From the NCBI GenBank assembly GCA_951406725.2, contig OX597818.1, positions 55,118,001 to 55,182,000 on the forward strand: a DNA stretch of 64,000 nt, given 5' to 3'. A program made the position numbers and the translations under genes. The notes below the pieces were generated by a model that saw nothing but the letters and a program-made list of their open reading frames with translations, was not told where the DNA came from and made no database searches. The first letter of the stretch is position 1. Every line of letters starts with the position of its first letter. This document shows, piece by piece, positions 52,874 through 64,000 of this stretch. Source of the stretch: Octopus vulgaris (taxonomy: Eukaryota).

Positions 52874-53034
52874 CCGTATTTTAATATGTATATGGAACCC
52901 CCTAATTTTGGGGGCTTAAAATTTGGAAAGAAGGTTTTGTAAGGGATTATAATACTATCCATGTATAAAAAAACTCATATTTTTTTTACCTAATTTTTGA
53001 CAAAAAAGGGTTCCTTATATTCATTAAAATACAG
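52874..53034. mobile_element. Small pogo/Tigger-like MITE
   Basis: TA-CCGTATTTTAAT ... ATTAAAATACAG-TA. Confidence 0.55.
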
Positions 53035-53585
53035 TAGGTTGTAAACCTTGTCACAAAACAACCGTGTAGAGGTGAATGGTTCTAGGTTTGTAATAGGTGG
53101 CTGAGTTTGTTGTATACTTTGTGTTGGGATTTCAAGGGTAAAATTTCCGAGAATTGCGAGCTCTTATATTTATAATATTAGGGAATTGTTATATGTATTG
53201 TATTGAGATTTCAAGGGTCAACTTGGATAACAATGTTATTGGGCCCCTGTTTTGTTAATGGCTGAATTGTTATATACTTTATGTTGTAATTTCAGGGGCA
53301 AATTTACGACAGAAATAATGAGCCCTTCCATTTGTAATTTTAGGGAATTTGTTGTTAACCTTGCTTTGAGATTTTATGGGTAAAATTTGTGACAACAACA
53401 GGGTGGTGGGGGATGTGTTTATAATGTTGGTGCTTTTTACATTTCACAAAATAATGGGAATGCTTCAGAGTCAAGGAATTTGGCTGCTATTTTTGGTAAA
53501 TCAGGTAACAACATAAAATGATATAAAAATCTGTCTGGGAGATTAGAACCGTATTAACTCTTACTGTTTCTTTCTTTGCTTCCAG

Positions 53586-53717
53586 GACATGGAAATGGAA
53601 TTGTACCAAGTAGACTGTGTAAAAGATGGAGAAGATTTCTTCAGTTGCTCCCCAAGGAGTCTTCAAAGCAAGCGCGCATGCCGTCCGAAACCTGCGCATT
53701 TGCGTGACTTGTCAAAG
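53586..53717 (+). CDS. Coding exon (132 bp, probably the first coding exon) of an unidentified gene; weak resemblance to a KChIP/neuronal calcium sensor N-terminus
   Basis: Branch-like TATTAAC, pyrimidine tract and CCAG acceptor ending at 53585; AAG|GTAAGG donor at 53718. The only open frame reads DMEMELYQVDCVKDGEDFFSCSPRSLQSKRACRPKPAHLRDLSK. Non-repetitive sequence. The product identity is a low-confidence guess. Confidence 0.7.
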
Positions 53718-53736
53718 GTAAGGAAAACAAACATTT

Positions 53737-54436
53737 ATTACTTCTACCTTAGCGAGGGCAGAGGTATTGTTTTTCAGTTGTGTTTGTTTGTTTGTTTGTT
53801 TGTGGACAAGATATCTCAAGAACCGCTGGATGGATTTGGATGAAACTATCAGGGATGTTTGACCTCATGACTGGCATGAACTGATTAGATTTTGGGATTG
53901 ATCCATTACCAAACAAGAATTCTGGATTATTTTTCCTGTTTACAGTTGGGTTCATTTTTAGTATTCTCGTTTGTTTATTTCAGATATTCTCATTTTAAAA
54001 ATAATCTCTGGCTAATTGTTGAGAGAACATTGGTGTTGCCTTGGAGGAAGTTTGCGCTCTCTGAGTGTTCTTGTTATCTCCGCCTTAATGAAGGCAGCGG
54101 TATTGTTTTCAGTCGTGTTTGTTTGTCCGTGGACAAGATATCTCAAGAACCACCAAATGGATTCGTATGAAATTTTTAGGGATGTTTGGCCCCTTGACTG
54201 GCACGAACTGATTAGATTTTGGGATCGATCCAGTACCAAACAAGGATTCTGGATTATTTTTCCTGTTTTTTACTTAATTTTTGAGAGCGGTTGGGTCCAT
54301 TTTTAGTATTCTTGTTTGTGAGAGCAGTCAAGTTTATTTCAGGTATTCTCATTTTAAAAATCATCTCTGGCTAATCATTGAGAGGACATTGGTATTTCCT
54401 TGGTGGAGGTTTGTACTCTCTGAATGCTCTTGTTTA
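53737..54436 (+). mobile_element. Two tandem Helentron/HINE-like non-autonomous elements (about 53737-54075 and 54074-54436)
   Basis: Subterminal inverted repeats CTCCGCC...GGTGGAGG, (GTTT)n near the 5' end, and a 3' hairpin GCGCTC-TCT-GAGTGT followed by TCTTGTT. Confidence 0.65.
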
Positions 54437-55285
54437 TAACTTCTTGTCTTTTTTGCTTGCTGTTTTTGTTGTTTAGCCTTGAGTCAACCATGACATCCTG
54501 CAGTCCAGTATCAGACATGTATTCCAGTCACGCCCATCACGTTTTTTTTTAAGGATATGTAGGTGCAGGTGTGACTGGGTGGTAAGAAGCTTACTTCCCA
54601 ACCACATGATTCTGAGTTCTCCTGCACGGCGCCTTTGGCAAATGTCTTTTACTATAGCCCTGAGCCAACCAGACGCCTTGTAAGTGGATTTGGTAAACGA
54701 AAAATGTGTGGAAACCTGTCGTGTGTATACATTTGTAAATTTTTTACAACAGCGGATTTTGTGAGGTTTGAGGGAGTAAATGCCCTTGACTGATCTAAGT
54801 GAAAATTTAGCATTTTTCTAGTAATAATATATAGCAAGATTTTAGGCCTCAGGCATTTTCATGTTTTACAATTTTTTATTTTCACTCCACCCTAGATTGC
54901 ACAATCTATATACCCGCTCACACATACATGTGTGTTAGGGTGGAGTGAAAATAAAAAATTGTGGAAATTAAAGGTGCCTGAGAGCTAAAATGGTGGGGTG
55001 TTTGTCCCCCACCCCACCATCCAAAGTTTTGTGAGTAGATTTGGTAGATGGAAACTGAAAGAAGTCCATCGTGTATATATATATATATATATATGGTTAG
55101 GGCAGCGGACTTGCGGTCGGAGGATCACGGTTTCGATTCCCAGACCGGGCGTTGTGTGTGTTTATTGAGCGAAAAATACCTAAAAGCTCCACGAGGCTCC
55201 GGCAGGAGGTATGATCCCTGCTGTACTCTTTCACCACTCTAAAGGCGGTATCCAGCATGGCCAGTCAAATGACTGAAACAAGTAC

Positions 55286-55352
<67 letters not shown>

Positions 55353-55778
55353 ATGTATATGTAAAAAAATATAAACTGGGACAAGAATGCAAAACATTTA
55401 GAAGACAATACAAAAAACACGGACGGGACATTTGAAGCCTTCAATCTTCGGTCAAGAAACAGATCATCCTCGCAATTTCGGCTGATTAATTTTGAGATCG
55501 CTCCGATCCGGCCAGCCCCAAGGAAAAACTAAGCTACGAGCATTAGATTTCTTGGAAAAAGGATCGAATGTATACGAAACAGGGACAGAAAAACGGACGA
55601 TGCCACACGAATATAAAAATAAAAAGCAATAATAGTAATAACAGGACAAAAACAGCAGGTGTCTTACGACTATTGACAGTACAACTTAGTTTAGCTGGCG
55701 TATTTGGAAAAAAATGCCTTTTTCGGCAGACGAAGAAAACAATGTTCTCATGGCGGTGGTCGGAAGCCAAGAGGCTGG

Positions 55779-55826
<48 letters not shown>

Positions 55827-57934
55827 CCTGAGGTCATAGAAGAAGACGCTTGCCCAAAGTGCCACACAGAGGGACTGAACCCAGAACCATGTGGTTGGTA
55901 AGCAAGCTTCTTACCTCACAGCCACTCCTGCACCTATATATGCACAATCAAGAGATAGGATGATGACAATCTGAATATAGAAAACACTTAATCCTGCTCA
56001 AATGATTTGAACTTATATCCCAATACCTTTATGGAGGACCAAGTCAGCAGTGTGAAGAGCTGCTCTAAGGGGATCCCAAGGGAGCAGATATAAAGAATTA
56101 TTGTCTGGTTGTATATATATCTGTGTATGTGTCATAGCATCTCCTTGTCTTGGTATTGTTTGATGGTTGTAAACGAGCATCACCAACATACAAGCAGTGT
56201 TGTTGAGGTCTGCCTAGTAACTAGTTTAATCTACCTGGTGACTAGTCTTAATTTAATTTGTGTGTCATTTACAGGTGGAAAGAGAGAGTGTGAAGATATA
56301 GATACCATTCATTGGGCCCTACCATCTCTTTGATGTTTTTTTTTTCTTTTTGTCCTTCAAATCAGCTGACCTCTGACACGCTCACCCCTCCCCCTTGCTC
56401 TCTTTTTAACAATCAGATCAAAAGCTAATTCAAAGGTATAACTTTAGTTTTCTTTACCTGGTTGTTGGTGGAGATGGGAGTGGTGGTGCAAATACTTCAA
56501 TGAGGTATCCACACCTGTTGTACTACCTACCACTCCACACCTGTCTGGCTTGTGATCACCTTTCAAGTATATTGTCTGTTGTTCTTATTTAACCCTAGGC
56601 TAGTATTAGTCTCAATTGAGTGGATCTATGATTAGCACTGTTCCAGTCTAACTCTGTGTATTTTCAACTATATTACCCAATGTGACCTGACCTTCCTTGT
56701 TTCATATGATAAGGTGCTATTTGAAGGAGACTTAGTTATTATTTCTAGCAGGTCGAGTGGCCTCTTAAAAGTGAGAGGCCTCTCTCCTTGGCTGGTTCAG
56801 ATTATTGTAAGTGGTGATAAGAACTGATAATTGCAGTGGAGGTGGCAGTGCTGGTGGTGGTTGGCGATGTTGTTTAGCCCATGGTAAGTCCTGACTGAGA
56901 AGATCCTTGATTAGAGGCTTTCTAGCTGTGGCCATCCCATTTTGTTCCTATGTGGAGTGATCATGGGACCCCTATTATGCAGTGTGTACTCTGAGTTTGT
57001 AGTGTGTGAATTGAGAGAGATTTGGCTGCTATTTCTAGCAGATCATATTGCTACATGGAAGTAAGCGCAGGTAATAATAATATATATGGTTGGTGGTGGT
57101 GGTGGTGATGGCAGTGGTTGTGGTGATGGTGGTGGTAGAGCTTTATCTGTATTAGTAACAGTAGTGGGAGAATATCTGTATTGGTAAGTGTTGTTGGTAT
57201 AGGTAGTAGTCTTGGTGGTGGTAGTGCACTTTGCTTGCATATTGTGTTATCTAACTCCAATTATATGTCAAATTGTGTTTGCATGCGTGTGTGTGTGAAT
57301 ATATATATATATATTCTCCCCATTCATCACCCTCTTGTACTATCTTATATCCCTCCCCACCACTACACACTTAATAACACTATAAAATGGTCAAATTTTT
57401 CCCAAAAGACTTAGTTCAATTTGAAAACTCCACCAGAATGGACGAAAGCGTTAATATATGATATACGATCTAAGTTATATGATGTATAAAAACATGTAAT
57501 ATACAAATAAATATCTGTAAATATAAAACCATCCGAATTTCTGAGTACCTCTGAGTTCTTCTAATATAAAATACCTGTACATCATCTCCAAACCTTCTAT
57601 ATATATATATATATACACACACATGAAAGCATGTAACTTATGCCAAAAGCATGTAAGGGTTTTTGGCATAAGGTCATGAAATTGCAACTTCAGTTCCTGT
57701 TCCAATGGTGTGTTGTTTCCTTGAGCAAGACACTTTATTTCACATCGCACCAAACCACTCAGCCAGCCTTGTCACACTCTGTGTCATGCGGAATCTCCCT
57801 GAGAACTACATTTAGGGTACATGTGTCTGTGGAGTGCTCAGCCACTTGCACTTTAATTTCACAACCAGGCTCTTCCGTTGATCATATCAGCTGGGACCCA
57901 TGTCTTCGTAAATGACAGTGTACCAGTTTATTAA

Positions 57935-58590
57935 ACCATATTTATATGACTTGTGACCGAGACCTTTGGAAATATGCTGTGTTTGAGAAGACCCTGCAAG
58001 CCAAGTGAGACCATAACCCGTGGCCTTTGCCAGTGGTGTAACCATCCCACTTACACGTACCTTTCTTTTACAGGACACTAAACTCTGCTTGCAAAGACCT
58101 GTTGAGGCAAGTAAAATCGAAATCAAATTCGATGACAGCACCACATGACTGGCATCCGTGCTAGTGGAGCACCATCTGAGCATGATCATTGCCAGGGCCG
58201 CTGACTGGCCCTCGTGCCAGTGGCATATAAAAAGCACCATTCGAGCTTGATCGTTACCAATGTCACCTTACTGGCTACTGGTACGTGAACAAAACATTCG
58301 AGCGGGGGCGTTGCCAGTGCCACTGGACTGGCTTCTGTGCAGGTGGCACGTAAAAACACCATTTGAGCATGGCCGCTGCCAGTACCGCCTGACTGGCCCT
58401 TGTGCCAGTGGCATGTAAAAGCACCCACTACACTCTCGGAGTGGTTGGCATTAGAAAGAGCATCCAGCTGGAAAAACTCTGCCAGATCAGATTGGAGACT
58501 GGTGCAGCCTCACTGGCTCACCAGTCCTCAGTCAAACCGTCCAACCCATGCCAGCATGGAAAGCGGATGTTAAATGATGATGATGATGAT
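57935..58590 (+). mobile_element. Long family D retroposon with internal ~60-bp repeats and (ATG)n tail
   Basis: Repeated GTGCCAGTGGCA..TAAAAAGCACCATTCGAGC units, then the D 3' end. Confidence 0.8.
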
Positions 58591-59356
58591 ATATTTATAT
58601 ATATATATTCTTTTATTCTTTCACTTGTTTCAGGAGCATTGCCTATAGTCAAACTAATAGATCCCAGGACTTACTCTTTGTAAGCCCAGTACTTATTCTA
58701 TCAGACTCTTTTGCCGAACTACTGCGTTGCAGGGACATAAACTCATCAATACTAGTTGTCAAGTGATGGTGGGGGAGGACAAACACACACACAGACACAC
58801 ACACACACTTATAAACTGAGAGAATACAGTGAAGTTTCTATATATGTATATAAAACCTTCATCATCATTACTTAACTTCTATTTTCCATGCTGGCATGGG
58901 TTGGACAGTTTGACAGATTTTGGCTTGGCCAAGAGCCACATCAGGCCTGTCTCTCTCTCTCTCCCTCCCCTCCCCCCTATCTCTCTCTCTGTAGTAGCAG
59001 TACCTGTAGGAATTTGGTTTTGTGTGTGTGCAGTTCCTGCTTATTACAGCCAGGTACCTTTGCAAGACCCTTAACCTAACTTCCAACCAACAAAAACCAA
59101 ATGCCAAATAAAAAAAAAAGAAAAAAAAGAATAATAATAATAAAACAGCCATGAATGAATATGAATAAATACACCCCCACCACCACCACCACCCACCAAC
59201 ACATATACACACACACAATAAAAGACCATTCATGAAAATTATTGAATGGACTAAATATTTTAGCTGCTGCTGCTGCTGTTCTGGTTTTCTTTGTTATTGT
59301 TTCATTTTCATGGATTTTTTTTTTACTTCCTTTCATACACACAAACACACGTGTGT

Positions 59357-59400
<44 letters not shown>

Positions 59401-59943
59401 GTGTGTGTGTGTAACATTTGTAATATTTTTTCTGAATATCTTGCTTAGCCAGCCTGAAGATATTTTTTCATATTTGTTTGTTTTCTCTCTCTCTCTCTTT
59501 CTCTCTCTATCTATCTATCTGTCTATCTAACACTCTCTCTCTCTTTCTCTGGTTTGACTCTTCCTCCTCTTCCCCCCTCTTACCTATTCCACCTTCCATT
59601 CACTGAACCTTTCATTCACCATTCACACCCTCCTCCCTCTCCTCCACCTCCTCCTCCTCTCTCTCTTTCACCAACACCTCCCACCCCCTTACTACACCTG
59701 CTGCCATTGAGTAACTCCAGCCAGCCACCAAGCCAGCCTGCAAGATGTTCAGACACACAGACAGACAGGCAGGCAAGTTGTGTACAGGAATGGGGTTTTT
59801 GTTTTTTAGCTGACTGACCTATCTGGAGAGGGGGGAGAGGAGGGGTGGGCCTTACTTGATGGGTGCTGGTGTTGGCGGCGGTGGTGTGATAAGGTTTATG
59901 GGGTGGGGAGGTTGTATTTAATATTCCTGCAGATATTGGCCTT

Positions 59944-60198
59944 GTGGTGGTGGTGGTGGTGGTGGTGGTGGCGGTAGTGGTGGTGGTAGTGGTGGTAGTG
60001 GCGGTGATGGTGGTTGTGGTGGTTGTGGTGGTCGTGGTGGTGGTGGTGGTGGTGGTAGTGGCGGTCGGTGGTGGTGGTAGTGGTGGTAGTGGCGGTGATG
60101 GTGGTTGTGGTGGTCGTGGTGGTGGTCGTGGTGGTGGTGGTGGTAGTGGCGGTGGTGGTAGTGGCGGTGGTGATGGTGGTGGTTTTGTCTCTGGTGGT
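59944..60198. repeat. (GGT)n-based degenerate trinucleotide repeat
   Basis: Direct reading. Confidence 0.95.
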
Positions 60199-60332
60199 TA
60201 TATGTTGGTAGCAATAATGTAGGTCAATGGTTCCAAACTGGGGGTGCATATGGCTCTGTTAGGGGGTGGGGGTCCATATCGGATTTTGCTGTTAAAATTC
60301 ATGTGCAGTAAACTGGTTATGTCTCTATGGTG

Positions 60333-60868
60333 TGGCCCTGTGGTAAGAAGCTTTCTTACCAACCACATGGCTCTGAGTTCAGTCCCACTGCGTGGCACCT
60401 TGGGCAAGTGTCTTATTACTGTAGCCTCGGGCCGACCAAAGCCTTGTGAGTGGATTTGGTAGACGGAAACTGAAAGAAGCTCACTGTGTGTGTGTGTTTA
60501 TATATATGTGTGTGTATATATGTCTGTATACATATCTGTGTGTGTTTATGTATATATGTGTGTGCATGTTAATATATGTGTGTATTCTTTTATTATTATA
60601 CTTGTTTGTCATCTATCTGCGGCCATGCTGGAGCACAGCTTCTGTGTGTGTGTGTGTGTGTGTGTGTGTTTGTGCCTCGTCACTGTTTGACAACCACTGT
60701 TGGTGTGTTTATGTTCTTGTAACTTAGCAGTTCAGCAAAAGAGATCAATAAAATAAGTACCAGACTCTAGAAAAAAAACAACAAGTCCTGGGGTCGATTC
60801 ATTCAACTAAAATTCTCCAAGGTGGAGTCCCAGCATGGCCTCAGTCTTATGACTGATACAAGTAAAAG
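60333..60868 (+). mobile_element. SINE family A with expanded internal microsatellite
   Basis: Family A head and tail around a GT/TA tract. Confidence 0.8.
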
Positions 60869-61615
60869 GTTAAAAAATACACAAAATATTTTAACAATGT
60901 TTTTTTATATAAGTCCTAACATACTATAAATAGCGGTGCCCCAGCATGGTCACAGCTCGTGAGCTGAAACTAGATGAAATAAATACTTTTCTACTCTAGG
61001 CACAAAACCTGAAATTTTGGGGGAGGGGGCTAGTCGATTAGATTGACTCCAGTACGCAACTGGTACTTAATTTATTGACCCCGAATGAATAAAAGGCAAA
61101 GTCATCTTCAGCAGAATTTGAACTCAGAACGTAAAGACATGAAATGCCTTGGCGTGCTAACGTTTCTTATTTCTTAGTTCAAATTCCACCAAAGTCATCG
61201 GTGCTTTTCATCCTTTCAGGGTCAATAAAATAAGTACCAGTTTCGTACTGGGGTGTGAGTAATCAACTAGCCCTTTCCTCCAAAGTTTCAAGCCTTGTGA
61301 CTAATGTAGAAAGGATTATTTAAGCTGCTATTTCTAGCAGTTTGAGTGGCATTGCGATGTATGATGATGATAGTGGTGGTGATGGTGGTGGTAGTGGCAT
61401 TGTTGTTGGTGTATGATGGTGTTGGTGAGGGTTAAATTGAAGAGTGTGGTAGCAGTAACAGAATCTAGGATAGTGGTGGTGGTGGTAGCAGTGGCAGTAG
61501 TAGTAGTGGTAGTAGTAGCAGCAGCAGCAGTAGTAGTAGAGGTGATTTAGGCTATAGTAGTATTGATGAATATGGTTAGAAATAGCAGTCTAGGATAGCA
61601 ATAGTGTCAGTGGTG

Positions 61616-61647
<32 letters not shown>

Positions 61648-62000
61648 TTAATGTCACTCCATTCCTTTGCTCCCACCCCTCACCTTAACATACCCCACCC
61701 CCACCCCACCCGTTTCTGAACACGCCACAATCACCAAAGCCACCTGAAAGTGAACAGCACAAGCGCTTCCTTCCATAGCCAACCTGCTTGACTAGTGGGA
61801 TCGAAAACAAATAAATCTTGTAGTACATGTTGTAGCGCTTGTGGTGGTTGTGATAATGACGTAGTGGCAGTTGTGGTAGGTAGCAATGGGGTTAATGGTT
61901 GTGTTGGGGTGGGTGGGTGGTCGTCGTCGTCGTTATGGTGGTGGTTGTTGTCATGGTGGTCATGGTAGATATGGTCGTAGTGGTGGTAGTAGATATGGTG

Positions 62001-62320
62001 AAGGTGCATGACTTAGTGGTTAAGGCATTCGGCTCATGATCATAAAGTCGTGAGTTCAATTCCCAGCAATGTGTTGTATCCTTGGGCAAAACACTTTATT
62101 TCACGTTGCCCCAGTCCACTCAGCTGGCAAAAATGAGTTGTACTTGTATTTCAAAGGGGTCAGCCTTGTCACACTCCGTGTCACTCTGAATCTCCCTGGG
62201 AACTACATTAAGGGTACATGTGTCTGTGGAGTATTCAACCACTTGCATGTTAATTTCACAAGCAAGCTGTTTCATTGACCAGATCAACTAGAGCCCTCGT
62301 TGTAACTGACGGAGTGCTCC
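62001..62320 (+). mobile_element. SINE family E
   Basis: Homologous to 24100-24427. Confidence 0.8.
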
Positions 62321-62394
62321 TAGTGGTAGATATGGTCATGGTGGTGGTAGAAGCAGTGGTATTGGGAGGGGTCAATTATACAATAGGCTCAGAT

Positions 62395-62546
62395 TTGGCT
62401 GTGTGGTAAGAAGCTTGCTTCCCAGCCCCATGGCTCCAGGTTCAGTCCCACTTCATGGCACCTTGCACAAGTGTCTTATACTATAGACGCAAGGTAACCA
62501 AAGCTTTGTGGGTGGAATTGGTAAATGGAAACTGAAAGAAACTTGT

Positions 62547-62603
<57 letters not shown>

Positions 62604-62800
62604 ATCTGTATCCCCCTCATCTCTGCTTGACAACCAGTGTTGATGTGTTTATGTCCCTGTAACTTAGCAGTTCAGCAAAAGTGACTGATAGAATAAGTAG
62701 TAGAAGAAAAGTTCCCTGGGGTCAATTTGACAAAAGGAACCCTTCAAGGTGAAGCCCCAGCATGGCTGCAGTCAGATGACTGAAACAAGTAAAAGATAAA
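62395..62800 (+). mobile_element. SINE family A (diverged)
   Basis: Family A head, body and tail. Confidence 0.75.
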
Positions 62801-63181
62801 AGATTTCTGATATAGGTAGAAGGCCTGAAATTTTGTGGGAAAGGGGTAAGTTGATTGCATTGACCCCAGTGTGCTACTGGTACTATTTCATTAACCTCGA
62901 AATGATTAAAGTTGACTTTGATGGAATTTGAACCCAGAATGTTAATATGAGCAAAATGCCGCCAAGCAATTTGTCCAGTGCTGTAGTGATTCTGGTAGCT
63001 CACCACATTGATGATAATATATTTTTTTTACTTACCAGGGCCTATCCCCCATAGAAGGGGGTAGCCACAACAAAACACACACCATTCATTTCCCAACTCA
63101 AAGAAGCAATCCTCACCCTATGCTTGGGTCAAGGCGTAGAACGCAACTCCTGGGTTGACTCTAAACTATATCTGGTAGTGG

Positions 63182-63419
63182 AAGAAAAAGGCGGTGAGCT
63201 GGCAGAATCGTTAGCATGCCAGGTGAAATGCGTAGCCGTATTTCGTCTGTCGTTACGTTCTGAGTTCAAATTCCGCCGAGGTCGACTTTGCCTTTCATCC
63301 TCTCGGGGTCGATAAATAAAGTACCAGTTTCGCACTGGGTCAATGTAATCGACTTAATCCCTTTGTCTGTCCTTGTTTGTCCCCTCTATGTTTAGCCCCT
63401 TGTGGGTAGTAAAGAAATA
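63182..63419 (+). mobile_element. SINE family B, full length, with 15-bp TSD
   Basis: TSD TATATCTGGTAGTGG at 63167-63181 and 63420-63434. Confidence 0.9.
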
Positions 63420-64000
63420 TATATCTGGTAGTGGGACCCTTGTTCCTTGGATTTGCAGGACCTTGGTTTTCAGGGTTCTGCAAATCGTCACATTGATGAT
63501 ACTAATTTATTGTTTACCAAGGCCTATTCCCCATAGGTGGGGGTAGCCACAACAAGACACACACACCAGGCATGCCATTCATTTCCCAGCTCAAAGAGTT
63601 GAGCGACCCTTGGGCTGACTCTAAACCACATCCAATAGTGGGACCCTGAGGCCCTGGTTTCAGGGTTCAGCCAGCTCACCACATTAATAAAATTTTTTTT
63701 TTCACCAAGGCCTATTCCATTCTTTGCTCAGATCAAGGCATACATAGAAAGCAACCCCCAAGTTGACTCTAAACTGCAGCTGGTTGTGCCCCAGCCTGGT
63801 CGCAGCCAAATTACTGAAACAAATGAAAAGAAAATAGACAGAAAACAAGGAGAGCAGCTATTTGTGTTGGATGGAGGAGACTGGCACAACAACCTAACCT
63901 AACGTTCAAGCACTTTATTTTATCGAGAAGAAAACCTTCCTAAGTTCGTATTCTGTCAAACTAACTGATCCCGACCAAAAAGAGGGATGAAATATGAAAA

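Overview
AT-rich eukaryotic (metazoan) genomic DNA. The SINE families and microsatellite load look like an Octopus/coleoid cephalopod genome; this is recognised from repeat sequence and not verified. Nearly all ORFs in the track are microsatellite or SINE artefacts. The window appears to be mostly intron of one + strand gene. One well-supported 132-bp exon (53586-53717) encodes MEMELYQVDCVKDGEDFFSCSPRSLQSKRACRPKPAHLRDLSK, weakly reminiscent of a KChIP/NCS N-terminus, and a candidate promoter/5'UTR region lies at about 4.9-7.1 kb. The rest is about five SINE-type families, mariner and other Tc1/mariner remnants, piggyBac-, hAT-, Helitron- and Helentron-type non-autonomous elements, an RTE LINE 3' end and many microsatellites, often nested. 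The most interesting signal is about a dozen minimal type I hammerhead ribozyme (HHR) motifs from at least five unrelated short repeat families. Four sit in fold-back elements of about 130-320 bp, three of them at or within (TA)n tracts, and several share non-canonical cores (CCGANGA, CUGUNGA). This resembles Penelope-like element/retrozyme remnants. No ribozyme activity can be shown from sequence alone. Repeat boundaries are approximate, read by eye.
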